A DNA stretch of 64,000 nt. Origin: Pseudovirgaria hyperparasitica. Taxonomy: Eukaryota. The position numbers and the translations under genes were made by a program. The DNA lies in assembly GCA_010093815.1 (NCBI GenBank), contig ML996565.1; one strand, given 5' to 3'. How positions within the stretch are numbered: position 1 is the stretch's first letter; each line of letters opens with the position of its first letter. This document shows positions 1 to 11,127 of the stretch, piece after piece. The notes under the pieces were generated by a model, which was given only the letters and a program-made list of their open reading frames with translations, was not told the DNA's origin and did not search any database.

Positions 1-236
1 GGCTGATCCCCTATCAAAGGCTTGCGCCATGACTTACCTATACTCATCATTCACTGTCCCGATCACACCCTTTATCCTGTCATCTCAGCCCCATTCACCC
101 CTTGTCTCCAGGCATATAGATCAAATCGACATCTGCAACTCAACCTGCAACCTACAAACCCGTCTGCACGCCTCCCCAGCTTCCCAAAGCCTTATCGATT
201 ACGCAGCTCCCTAAGCTATACCTAGGAACCCTCACC

Positions 237-1337
237 ATGGCAATCCATACCACACCCTCGTCTCCGCCGTCTGGCGGCGTCGCCCTCGACATCCAAGCCT
301 GGACCGAACAAGCCGCAGCATCCCTCTCAAACCTCAACCTCTCCGCTCCGACCTTCGTCGCGCAACCTATCTCGCACCATGCCGAGCGCCATGGCCCGTC
401 CCCAGCTGTCCGCGGCACCTCCATCGCCCTCGACATCCCCCTCGACACGCCTCAAGATGCACGCGTCGACTCGACGTACAGGCGTCGCGAGCCACAGCGC
501 CGTGATAGCATGGAGCGCCGCGAGGCCCTGCTGAAAGGGAAGGAGGGCAGTCGGCGGAGAAGGAGGTGGGAAAATGGTAAGCTGCATTCATCTCCCTTAT
601 CCGATTATATGCCATCTAGGTATATCAGGAGATTACTGACGGCGCGCTTTATAGACCGCCTCCTTGGAAACCCCTACCGCGTGCCTCCGACGTCCGCTGA
701 CTGGGAAGTGCGCCCGCCCACGCATCGCACGCCGGTACCATACTACCTCGCGCCTCTATGGGACAATGGCCTCGCCGCGCACGCGGCAGCGCGCAGAGAG
801 CGTAAGGTGAAGAGTACAAGCCAGCACAAACAGGCTGTTAAAGGCGTCCCCGAGGGCGCAAGCCGCGTCCCGAAGGAGTTCAAAGAGAAGATGAAGAAGA
901 GCAAGGGCGCCAGGGGGCTATTGCAAGACCTGGAAACCGAGGTGAGGGGATTCGTGGCGAAGTGCCAGGAGAATGACGAGGAAGCTGTGACGGACAGTGA
1001 AGAGGACGAAGTTGTGTTCGTTGGTAGGGATGGGGAAATGCAGGATCGAACGTGGCGGAGCTTGGAAAGGGAATATCTGTTATTTCAGAGTGCGGCAGAT
1101 GATCAGGGGGCAGCGTTTTGGTGAGTTTGGTCTTTGAGGACTGTCGCGTCGAGTGCTAACGATAATTGTAGTCGGTACCTTGTACATCAGATTGGCTGCT
1201 ATTATGGGCTCAAAACCTGGAGCGTTACGACGGGAAATCCAGCCAGGCGTGAGGCTTATGTGGGATTTGACATGCAGACTGGGCACGATTTTGCGGTGCA
1301 GGAGCAGCTTCCGCGACCGCTCTACGGTCTGGTGTAA
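237..1337 (+). CDS. R3H-associated N-terminal domain protein (3 exons: 237-576, 655-1120, 1172-1337)
   Basis: Motif RRDSMERREALLKGKEGSRRRRRWEN-DRLL..P..VPP...DWEV.P...VPYYLA typical of the fungal R3H-assoc family. C-terminal R3H-like segment RYLVHQIGCYYGLKTWSVT. Introns 577-654 (GTAAGC..TACTGAC..TAG) and 1121-1171 (GTGAGT..GCTAAC..TAG) join the ORFs in frame. Confidence 0.8.
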
Positions 1338-1526
1338 ACACAATCTGCAGATGGCCTGGACAGCTTGGTCGGCAGTGTTCCATATTCCACAATTCTTTCT
1401 TCGATGTAAAGATGGCCTATCGGGCCTTCCACAAGACAATATATAATATATCTTCGTCATGAAATTAATCCTCCAGTCATTGGCCTACAACCTGCGATCA
1501 GGTTTAGACAGCAAGTAGTGAGCCAT

Positions 1527-2906
1527 TCAAATACTCTCATCTACATCACGCTCCTCAATCTCAGCCTCCAGTATCTCCAGCTGAGGATACCTCATCCCTC
1601 CTAGTTTTATCACCTCCCTGAAACGAGCCACAGCATCTGCAATCTCATCTTTACGGAGCTTGACACTCTGGAGATGATTGCTGTGCATAGCTGCCTCGGC
1701 GTCGCTATCCGGTTCTTCAATGAGTAGAAGGTCTCCCATCCAGACATGCACCATGCCACGAATATACAGAAGCGTAACGTCGCGATCTGTGGGAGGTGAG
1801 AACACTAGCTGGTCGAGCCGTTCTGCAAGTTTACGAACATCTGCAAGCTCCGAATCCTTGATGCGTTGGAATTCTCGCTTTTTCTTTTCTTCACGCTTCA
1901 TTTCACGGCTATGACTATCGGAACTCGATATTTCAGAGTCGGAGTGCTCTATCGGCGTAGACTCATTAGAAATCGAGGTTGAGCGTAAGAACTCGTATCG
2001 CATACGTTTACTGTTATCCACGATCTGTGTGATCCACAGTGAGAACATAGTAGGGTAGAACGTCAGTGCGTTGACACGGCGGGCGTTGATGTCATAGGAG
2101 ACCTTCGCGATGGGATACTGAATGATGAGGCGTTCATAGTACTGTCGCGCCTGTCGGTATCCTTCTTCGCTGAAAAGAGGTTTGCCATTGTCTTCGTCTT
2201 CCTCGTCGTCCTCGCCCGCATTCTGATGGTGGGAATACTTTTCATCGAATGGATCGATGTAAGGATGCAGCTGTAACAAGATCTCCGCGCCTATGCGCCA
2301 GTTTTCGTCTCTACGGATGTCGAAAGGTCGGCTGTTGACAGTGCTGCGGAGGAGAAGGGCCCAAATACGACTGGCACGTGAGTAATCGCCTTCTGATAGG
2401 CATTTATGCAGGGCTGCGTTGAGGACGCCGATATGGCGAGATTTGAGATTCGTGGACAGCTTCTCGCCGTTATGGCGAGCATAGTCTGCGATGCTGGCTC
2501 TGCCTGGGACAAAGATTGGGGGGTTCAGTCCTGCGAGTTGTTTCTGCAGGTATGGATCAGTGATTCTGGGTGCAGTCTTTCTAACGGGTCGATGCGGGAA
2601 AGGGGCAGGAGGAATCTCATCGTTTGTGTGAAGGCCTGCGGTTCGATATTGTTCTTCTTCTAATGTTGATAGGACTTTTTTGCTAGATGGGGCAGAAACA
2701 CTCTGGCGTTGTGTGTGCGTGTTTCTATGCTGCTGGTCTTCATGTTCGTCCTTGTCGTCGTCTAACCTGCTCTCGTCGAGGTCATCTGTATCATCGTCTT
2801 CAGCGGTATCTTGCTTCCTATCATTTGATGGCTTGTGGTACAGGCTTGCTCGAAAAGATAATGTATGGCCGAATCCTGAAGTTGGGGAAGTGAATAGATG
2901 ACTCAT
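1527..2906 (-). CDS. RRN11: Putative RNA polymerase I core factor subunit Rrn11-like protein
   Basis: Intronless ORF with first ATG at 2906. Segment RHIGVLNAALHKCLSEGDYSRASRIWALLLR...FDIR...WRIGAEILL and ARQYYERLIIQYP resembles fungal Rrn11; assigned from recalled family pattern only. Confidence 0.6.
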   Translation of the reverse strand: MSHLFTSPTSGFGHTLSFRASLYHKPSNDRKQDTAEDDDTDDLDESRLDDDKDEHEDQQHRNTHTQRQSVSAPSSKKVLSTLEEEQYRTAGLHTNDEIPPAPFPHRPVRKTAPRITDPYLQKQLAGLNPPIFVPGRASIADYARHNGEKLSTNLKSRHIGVLNAALHKCLSEGDYSRASRIWALLLRSTVNSRPFDIRRDENWRIGAEILLQLHPYIDPFDEKYSHHQNAGEDDEEDEDNGKPLFSEEGYRQARQYYERLIIQYPIAKVSYDINARRVNALTFYPTMFSLWITQIVDNSKRMRYEFLRSTSISNESTPIEHSDSEISSSDSHSREMKREEKKKREFQRIKDSELADVRKLAERLDQLVFSPPTDRDVTLLYIRGMVHVWMGDLLLIEEPDSDAEAAMHSNHLQSVKLRKDEIADAVARFREVIKLGGMRYPQLEILEAEIEERDVDESI

Positions 2907-3587
2907 AGTCGACTTCAACGTGGTGGCACAGTATAGTCCGAGATATTTGCTGGTATGTATGCGAATACAGGTTGAGGCTCAACGTAACATTTGTTTGGTG
3001 TCATGCTTTGATAATCCTATCACTGCTTGGAAGTTTGTTGTGGCACTGAGCAGCGGCTGCTCATGCTACCATCTATCAGAGTAATGGAGCAGGTAGATAT
3101 GAATGAAATATTGAGAAGAAGGAAAAGAACAAGAAGAAAAAGAAGACTGTTCACTGGCTACAGTTGTAGCAGACAGATGGAATAAGTGTATGGATATTAA
3201 GGTCCTAGATGCCTGAGGCGCCAACGCCACGGAACGTCCGCGCTTGACGCCCAAGCCCCGTTTCAAAATTCAGAGCACGCGGCAAGCCTTTTATATTAAC
3301 GCTAAACTACTCCTGGAACTGGGACTGGGTTCTCTCTCTCATCAACGGAACACTGACCCACTCCGCTGACTCTGGGTTCGGTGTGTCGTAGCCTGTGCCT
3401 GTCCTGTCTTGTTGTATCAAGCGCTGCCCTTCATTCATTACATACACCACACCTCAACATCCTCTTCACTGACTCGACCGGTTCCTTTGTCCCTATGGAC
3501 GTCCATCCTTTGTCCATACACCCCCATTCTTCTCATTGATACTTCTTTCTCGACCCTCTTTGTCTCGTTCGCGCTTGCTTCCTGACC

Positions 3588-5575
3588 ATGGGCCAAGGTT
3601 CTTCTCGCCCAGAAGAGTCCCATCGACGCTCAAGGTTACATCGAGTCTCGACCTCTTTGGCTTCTCTCTACCGTCCTCGCCGCACAGCTCCTCGCGATAC
3701 CATTTCAGCTCCTTCTCAGCCGCGTCCAAACTCTGCTGCTGCTCCCTCACCTTCGCGGAGGTTACGACCTCGTCCACACTCCGTCGCCGACGGCCCCTCC
3801 CATTTCCATATACCCCGACTTCAGCTAGGTGACAGCTTAGACCTGGACTTCGACTCTCTTCAGACTCGTGACGATGTTTTATTTACGAGGCGACAAAACA
3901 CTTCAAGCCGCAGACGGGAAGATAGGCGTTCTTATTTTGATCGTATGACCAGCCTTCGACCTCGACGCCGTCGATCACCGTTGAGACGCGAAGAAGACCA
4001 AGCCGCTTTCCTTTCACGACTTCTATCCGTAGCAGCAGCGACTACTGCTGCGTCGTTGGTGGGCGAGGATCACCGATCGATCACAAACACGAGACATCTA
4101 GGTGGCCATAATGAAGACAGTACATTCGATGGCTTCCTCGAGGCCCTCGAAAACGGTCGAATTGCGTCAGCTCTACGTGGGGAAAACATCAATGGTGATC
4201 ATCAAGGCGGTATGCCTGCCCCACTCAACTTCTTCAGGATGTTCAGATTCCCTTCAAACAGCGGCAATCGCAGGCTGGACAATCGACCGTCAAGCAATAG
4301 CACCGATGAACCGAATGGGGAGGATGAGGGCAGGATGGTACCGATAATCATCGTCGGCATCAGATCTGTAAATCCTGGTCCAGGTGCTTCACATGATGAC
4401 AATATTCCTCCTTTCCTCGACGCTCTTTCGACTTTCCCTAGTACGCTCAACAATAGTGGCGGGAATGCTATAGATGGGCTCCTCCACCGACCAGCTCCCA
4501 CAACCAGATTCAGTCACAGAAGGCGTGCATCTGTGGGTGGCTTTCCTACTACGTACGACAATCAAAGACACCACCCGCGACCTCCACCATCTACTCCTGC
4601 AAGCTCTGCCCTTTCTGCAGTATCGTCTGGCGAGACAACTCCTACCCGTAGTTCCTCCACTGCCCCGCATTCCGCTGCGGCGTCTGCTGCCTCATCACGA
4701 CGCGATAGCTTCGTTCGACGAACGGCTGGAGGCCTCGAGCCGACGGCCGAGGAGCCTACACAACAGCGAACACCTAGAACACGGAGGCTAAGCGAATCAG
4801 ATTTCACTAGATTTGGCTCAGGGGCATCGCGCCGAAATGGCGTGGTAGAGCCAGATCATAATCCCGGAGAGGGTTCAAGAAGCTGGATTATTTACGTCCT
4901 TGGTGGCAGCTATCCGGAGAATCATCCTATAGTCACAACTCCCAGTCTTTTCACTGATTCACCTACGTACGAAGACATGGTTCTGCTTTCGGCCCTGCTT
5001 GGCCCAGCAAAGCCTCCCGTGGCATCGGAAGCTGATGTAGCATCTGCACCGGGTTTATTCGCGATCATTGCCGGCGAGGATGGTACCATCATAGCTGTGC
5101 CAGAGCCGGTGCCTCAAACGCAAAATGTCACAGGTGAAACAGCGTCGACAGAGGATAACAATGTCTTGTCCGGGAAACTAGAGGACGAATTAAAAGAAGC
5201 CTCTTCGCCAGAAATCATAACCATTGCGCAAGATCAGCGTTGTCTTGTGTGTCTGAGTGAGTTCGAAGTCGGTGAACAAGCTCGAAAACTAAGTCAATGC
5301 GGTCACTTCTTCCACCGTGAATGTATTGATCACGTAAGTAGGATATTGCTACGCTATGATCTACACTGACACCTTTTTAGTGGCTTCTTAATGGTCGCAA
5401 TTCCTGTCCCCTCTGTCGGCGGCAAGGAGTGGACGAGAAACCGTCAACAGCCCCGGAAAGCCCAAATTCAGATACAATGACTTTCACGGACGATGCTGAT
5501 GACGAAAGCACTTTAGTCCCATCAGATGGGGCCGAGGTCGCCGATCAATACTCTCAGACGGCGACCTCTTCGTAA
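3588..5575 (+). CDS. RING-H2 finger E3 ubiquitin ligase-like protein (exons 3588-5333, 5381-5575)
   Basis: CLVC..EFE..C.H.FH..CID is joined through intron 5334-5380 (GTAAGT..ACTGAC..TAG) to WLLNGRNSCPLC, completing C3H2C3. Conserved RSWIIYVLGGSYPENHP..TTPSLFTDSPTYEDM block. N-terminus MGQGSS resembles a myristoylation site. Confidence 0.9.
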
Positions 5576-6186
5576 CGAATTTCCTAGTAAACATAAGTTT
5601 GGAGCGCATACTTCTTGTTTCTTCTTCATGGTGTTAAGCTGGAGAGATCTTAACGTAGCGCAACGATGGGTAAGCGTGGCAGGCTACACGCAAGGACATA
5701 GGACGACACAGTACAGGCGCATCAGGATCCGGAAACCGCAACACCTATAGTCTCGCATCTTTTATTGATCACGTGAAGCATGATGGATGGGTGAGGGCAT
5801 ATGGAGAATACCCTTTTAATGAGAAATCAACGCATCACGTAGCTATATCAATGATCTCCATCCGTACCCACTACTGTCGGTTTCTGTACAGACTATGCTC
5901 GGTCGAACCAATGATTCCGAGACCATGAAGATTTGCATGAGGATATTTCCAGCATGACATCGAGCTCTTAGGTAAGACTCAACATATTCCTGATGGTGTC
6001 AAGACGGCAATCAAATCGATGCTTTGAGGTCAAATATCACTAATACTCAACCGAGGTCCTGCGTGATGCCCCACTGTTAATCACATCACACGTAACAATA
6101 TCAACATCACAGATCCTCGCATGTCACACTCACCATCAGTTCACTCATCAACTTTTACGCACAGTTTTTAACCGTTCAAGATCAAG

Positions 6187-7518
6187 ATGTCACAAAAATG
6201 GGATCTCGAAAAACGCCCCACTTACGATATCCCTGACCCGGCCGCACCTTCATCATACCAACGTGACATCTACTCCCATTTCAGACGGCCCGCGCTCTCC
6301 ACGAAACCTTCGGAATGGGAGGCTCAAGCCCGTACGAAAGTCCCAAAGCCGAACTTCGGCTACGTATACGGCGCCGCCGGCTCTGGAAAGACGCACAAGG
6401 CCAACACCGATGCCTTCGACCGCTACCGGCTCAAGCCACGTATGCTCGTCAACGCCACGCGCCGCGACGTCAGCGTTGAGTTGTTCGGCGAGAGACTGAG
6501 TAGTCCGATCATGGTCGGCCCCGTAGGCGTACAGAGTATCATGCACAAGGACGCCGAGGAAGCGACGGCGCGCGCTTGCAGGGCGACGGGTGTGCCCATG
6601 GTGCTGAGTACGGCGGGCACGCGGACGATTGAGCAAGTCGCGGATGCGAATGGTGATGGGCTCCGGTGGTTCCAGCTGTACTGGCCGCGGCCGCAGTACG
6701 ACGATGTGACTGCGAGTCTGCTCCGTCGTGCAAAGGCCGCGGGGTTCAAGGCGCTCGTTGTCACGCTCGACACCATGAATTTGGCCTGGCGGCCGACGGA
6801 TCTGGACGAGGGGTATTTGCCGTTCTTACTGGGTGAGGGTTGTCAGATTGGGTTTTCGGATCCCGTGTTCAATGCGGTATTTGAGGAGCAGCAGGCGATG
6901 GATAAACGGACTATTGCTGAGAAATTGGGGGAACTGTATGATTTGGTCAAGAGGCCGGGAAGTGTTGTTCAGGGTTTGAAAGTACTTGCCAATGCGAGAT
7001 CGATTCAAAAGAGTAGGGCGTGGATGGATGTGGTGCATAGCGCGACGTATCGCGAATGGAAGCATCTGGAGATTCTGAAGAAGCACTGGGATGGGCCGAT
7101 TGTGCTGAAGGGGATCCAGACGATAGAGGATGCGCACAGAGCTATCGACTACGGTATGGCCGGCATCATCGTCAGCAACCATGGAGGAAGGCAGCTTGAC
7201 GGGGCTATTGCAAGTCTGGATGCTCTGGCTGAAATCGGGGCTGATGATCGTGTGAAGCAATCTGGCTTAACGGTGCTTTTCGATAGTGGGATTCGGACGG
7301 GCAGTGATGTCCTGAAGGCGATCGCGCTTGGTGCAAAAGCAGTTCTGATTGGGAGGCCATATATGTATGGTTTGGCGATGGGCGGACAAGCCGGTGTTGA
7401 GCATGTACTGCGGTGCATCAAGGCCGACACAGACAACCAGCTAGGGAATCTGGGGAGGACGAGCTTGGCAGAGTTGTCAAGGGACGATTTGGCTGTGCAT
7501 GAGCAGCCCAAGTTATGA
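6187..7518 (+). CDS. FMN-dependent alpha-hydroxy acid oxidase/dehydrogenase, lactate 2-monooxygenase-like
   Basis: Motifs FQLYWP, VVTLDT, PIVLKGI, IIVSNHGGRQLDG, FDSGIRTG, IGRPY. Intronless, 443 aa, ends in -PKL. Confidence 0.93.
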   Translation: MSQKWDLEKRPTYDIPDPAAPSSYQRDIYSHFRRPALSTKPSEWEAQARTKVPKPNFGYVYGAAGSGKTHKANTDAFDRYRLKPRMLVNATRRDVSVELFGERLSSPIMVGPVGVQSIMHKDAEEATARACRATGVPMVLSTAGTRTIEQVADANGDGLRWFQLYWPRPQYDDVTASLLRRAKAAGFKALVVTLDTMNLAWRPTDLDEGYLPFLLGEGCQIGFSDPVFNAVFEEQQAMDKRTIAEKLGELYDLVKRPGSVVQGLKVLANARSIQKSRAWMDVVHSATYREWKHLEILKKHWDGPIVLKGIQTIEDAHRAIDYGMAGIIVSNHGGRQLDGAIASLDALAEIGADDRVKQSGLTVLFDSGIRTGSDVLKAIALGAKAVLIGRPYMYGLAMGGQAGVEHVLRCIKADTDNQLGNLGRTSLAELSRDDLAVHEQPKL

Positions 7519-8981
7519 TCCTATGCTTGGAACTGTGTTCGTATACGACTGCTGACACATATAGCAGAATTACAATGCAGACCATCGTGCAGACACTTAC
7601 TACTCTCTTTTAGAGGCAAATAGGACTGAATTGTAAGTGATTAGAATTTATGTTTCCGTAGCCCTGTGTGGCCAACAAACCACTGGTATTCCCTAACATG
7701 TTCCTACATTGTGGATACTACCGCTGAGTACAAACAAAATGTGGCAATTTTGTGCCAGACTTGTTTCAGCTTCAGCGGCTTAGCCTCGTTCTTATCTTAG
7801 TTGTAGAAAGCACAGTGCCTACGTCAACTATCTGGCTATCTCTCTCGAACTCACTAAGTGGAGCATTTATATAGGGCTAGCATACAATAGCAGTGGTCGA
7901 GATTAGATGAATATTGATTACTTAGGGTGCGTGCCAACCATGGATCATACATTCACCGAGCTACTAAATTGTCCAATGATTTCGGAAACGTCCTAGCGCA
8001 GAGAGGCCTATGCAATGATGGCCTGTTAGATAAACTTGTGTCCTTGGAAAGACTCTAAGACCGAATTGCTTGTGTGTATCGACCTCATAGCCGGACGATT
8101 AATACTACCTGGAGATTGTCACAGCTTTAGCGCGGCCTAACAATATCTATATCGATGATAGGCCGACGTCTCGCTCCTCATGGGTAGAGCCGTAGGACAC
8201 CTCATACTAGCCGGCCGAAAAGTTGAAACGCTCTTATGAGGTCAACACCTAAAGATAGACTTGTGCTACGGCAACGATGAAGAGTAAATGCCCCCTGACG
8301 GCTACACGTCATTGATGTACGATATTACATCTAGTTCATACTCTAGATAAAGCTTGCACGTAAGTAAGAGTGCATGACTATTCAGGTTCTTTGGATGGTC
8401 ATCACTCGTTTCACATTAAAGTCTCCACTATTCAAAGTCTCCACTATACAGAGTCAGTGCAAACTCGTCTTTACGCACTATTGCTTTGACTGGCCCATAT
8501 CCCGCGAGTGAGAGATGTCAAGATAAGTATTACCTTGCACAAATCCTTCGCCTACTGACTTCGCTGTAAACCTTCCCGATGGGCAGCTTGCGCCGGCTTG
8601 GGGGATAATGGTTCGTAGTCACCCTTCAAACCTGTAGTAAGGTCAATTGTCTTAGCACCACCCACTTGTTTTCCATATGTGTCCATTGGCCTAATCAGGA
8701 TTCTTGCAAAGCTTGAATCCATTTCCACTTCCTTCTTTCTTGAAAGCGTCGAGCTAACCATTCTCGCTTCTACTAATCATGGTAATGTCACTAAAGTTCT
8801 TATATTTATTCGTATCAGTGCTTAGAACGTGTTCCTGGATTCTTCTTCGACTAAGGGTATAGACTTTATCCTTAGACCTTGGCCTATATGCTTTTAGGAC
8901 TTATCAAGATATCCTTGAGACCCGTATAACTACGGCTTATACGTAAATTAGGACACAAACTTAAATAAAGCTTATACAAAG

Positions 8982-8996
8982 ATAATCGGAAGTATA
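8982..8996. repeat. Target-site duplication, left copy (ATAATCGGAAGTATA)
   Basis: Identical 15-mer at 8982-8996 and 11113-11127 brackets the LINE. The last 2 nt overlap the (TAA)n tail, so the TSD is 13-15 bp. Confidence 0.9.
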
Positions 8997-9011
8997 ATAA
9001 TAATAATAATA
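8995..9011 (-). repeat. Trinucleotide 3' tail of the LINE, (TAA)5 on plus / (TAT)n on the element strand
   Basis: TAATAATAATAATAATA abuts the left TSD. Short tandem tails are typical of fungal Tad-clade elements. Confidence 0.8.
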
Positions 9012-11112
9012 TTGGTAAACTAGGTAGAGTACCACTCTATAGGCGCATGCCTCCTCTAGTCTAAGCTACTATATAAGAAGAAACCTACGAATAGGAAAAA
9101 CTCCCTTATATCCATAACTACGCTCTATCTATCCTCTCGTTCTTTATATATATATAGCCCTAGGGGCTACCCATGGGCCTATAGCCTATATTATAATAGT
9201 TTGCCCTTAGGCAGCACATGTAGGTGCGGAGATTATTAGTCAAGGGCTACCCTTAACTAATAATCGCGGTTCTCCCGGGGTTCTTCCGACGTATACCGGG
9301 GTTCTTCCGGCATATATCGGGCTTCTTCTAGTATATATATACGGGTCCACTAGAACTAGGGGAGAGGAAGGTGTACGAGCATCTATCGGGCGACGTCCTT
9401 AGGGTACTTATTAAGCTATTACGTGATATCGGAGGTCCTCGTCATACGGACGAGGGCTTATCTTAGGGTATAGAGGCTAGAGCACGTCGCGAGGTAGTAG
9501 CGTATTATATCTCTCCGGCCGTAGTCCTCGCACTAGAGAGATATATCTAGGACGCCTCTCTAGTAGAGGTAATATAGGAGACCTATAGCGCCTATTCGGG
9601 CTTAGAGGAGTATAGATACTTAGGCCTTCGTTAGCCCTTTATACATCTATTTACTTAGTTCCTTCTAAGGCCCTTAGATCTATTCTAGATACCTATCCTA
9701 TTAGGAGGCCTACTAGGCTTTAAGTACCTCCCTCTATTTATCCTAGATCTATAACCGCATGACGCGGCTAAGCTCCTTAGGGCTCTATTAGCTCGGGATA
9801 GTATCCGGGTTATTTTAAACCTCCTACACGGTCTAGCTCGAGTCCGCCTCTATATAGTATTTATATTATACTTAAGTTTATTCTATAGTAGGGAGGGCCT
9901 AGTAATACGCGCGGATACGTGTACGTAGTATAGCGAAGGTATATACCCTATCTCCTCCACGTTCTTATACTTATTATTTAGTAAAGTATATAAGTCTCTA
10001 TATCTAGTAGAAGTCCTATATACTCGTTACGTTTATCTCGCGTTAGAGGAGCGTTATATTAGTAGCTTTATATACGCCGGAGATAAGGCGGAGTATACGG
10101 TTTTATATAGACTTAAGCTTTACCCGCCGAGCTTATATAAGGGCCGTATACTAGTACTCGTGTCCGTATATAAAGACTAGGCGTGCTAGGGAGACGTATA
10201 GCTATCTCGCCTTATCCTGGGCTATTCCCCACGTGGATACCGTAATCCGGCATATAGCGGTTTCTACCTAGAGGGCTCTAGAGACGGCGTATACCATCTA
10301 TAGTCCCTATTTTAGCTTATTATCGATCATGACGCCGAGTGCTCGTATACTCTATACTAGTAGTTCTATAAAGGCATCGATTTAGGGGCGACGTGCCCTC
10401 TCCCTAGTAGCCTATCCTCTATAGCGGTTAATAAAGTATATAAGCTAGTATTTTTTAGATACGAATTTTACTCCGTAGCGCTTTACCCACTAGACGCATT
10501 TCTCGTGGTCTCGTTCGAGTCGTGTATATATTCTACTAGTACTACTATCGACCGCGAGGAGGTATATATCGTCCGCGTATCCGACTACCTCTATATATTC
10601 TATTCCCTAAAGGAGGTCTACTATAAAGAAGAGGAAGAGGATCGGGGAGATAGTGCTCCCTTACGGGATACCGCATGCCGTCTCCTTATATTCGCTTCGG
10701 TATCCGGGGATATATATTTAAGTAGTCCTTTACGCGAGGAAGGACTATATAAATCGTATAATCCACTTAGGTATTCGCCTCATCCGGAGGTTATAGATGA
10801 GTCTTATATGGTTTACCTTATTAAACGCCCCTACTATATCTAGGGAGAGTAGCGTGACGACTCGTCCTTATTTCTATATAGTCTAGATAACCTTGAGGAT
10901 GTGTTAAATAGCTATGATTAGGGAGCTTCCTACCTTCGCCTTCTAGTTTACTAGGAGAAGGCCGTGTACCTATGCTACTATGCTTATCTTCTTAGTAATC
11001 GTGGCTTCTAGTACCTTGCCAAGGCAGGAGAGGAGGGCGATCGGCCTCCATCCCTTCGGCGTGTTTGGGCTCTTCCCTGGTTTTGGGAGCATGACCGTGT
11101 GTGCGGTTCGGA
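8997..11112 (-). mobile_element. 5'-truncated, RIP-inactivated non-LTR (LINE, Tad1-like) retrotransposon
   Basis: Minus-strand translation: TVMLPKPGK..PKGWRPIALLSCLGKVLE ... LLSLDIVGAFNKVNH ... GIP*GSTISPILFLFF ... GYADD (10568-10579) ... KY*LIYF ... LGVMIDNKL ... TWG, then a degenerate C-terminal Cys/His knuckle (~9480-9540). Many TAA/TAG stops, strong CpA/TpG loss and TpA excess. Flanked by a direct repeat, with a simple-repeat tail. Confidence 0.95.
9275..9337. repeat. 21-bp tandem repeat x3 at the C-terminus of LINE ORF2
   Basis: CCGGGGTTCTTCCGACGTATA / CCGGGGTTCTTCCGGCATATA / TCGGGCTTCTTCTAGTATATA; reads EEARYMP-EEPRYTS-EEPR on the minus strand. Confidence 0.85.
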
Positions 11113-11127
11113 ATAATCGGAAGTATA
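11113..11127. repeat. Target-site duplication, right copy (ATAATCGGAAGTATA)
   Basis: Exact match to 8982-8996, located where RT similarity abruptly ends. Confidence 0.9.

Noticed and set aside
7700..8420. TpA-enriched stretch that looks like a decayed gene
   Set aside because: No recognisable motif in the frames read, so it cannot be called a pseudogene or TE.
10505..10843. 112-aa plus-strand ORF
   Set aside because: Antisense to the RIPped RT; the Tyr/Ile-rich composition is a RIP artefact.
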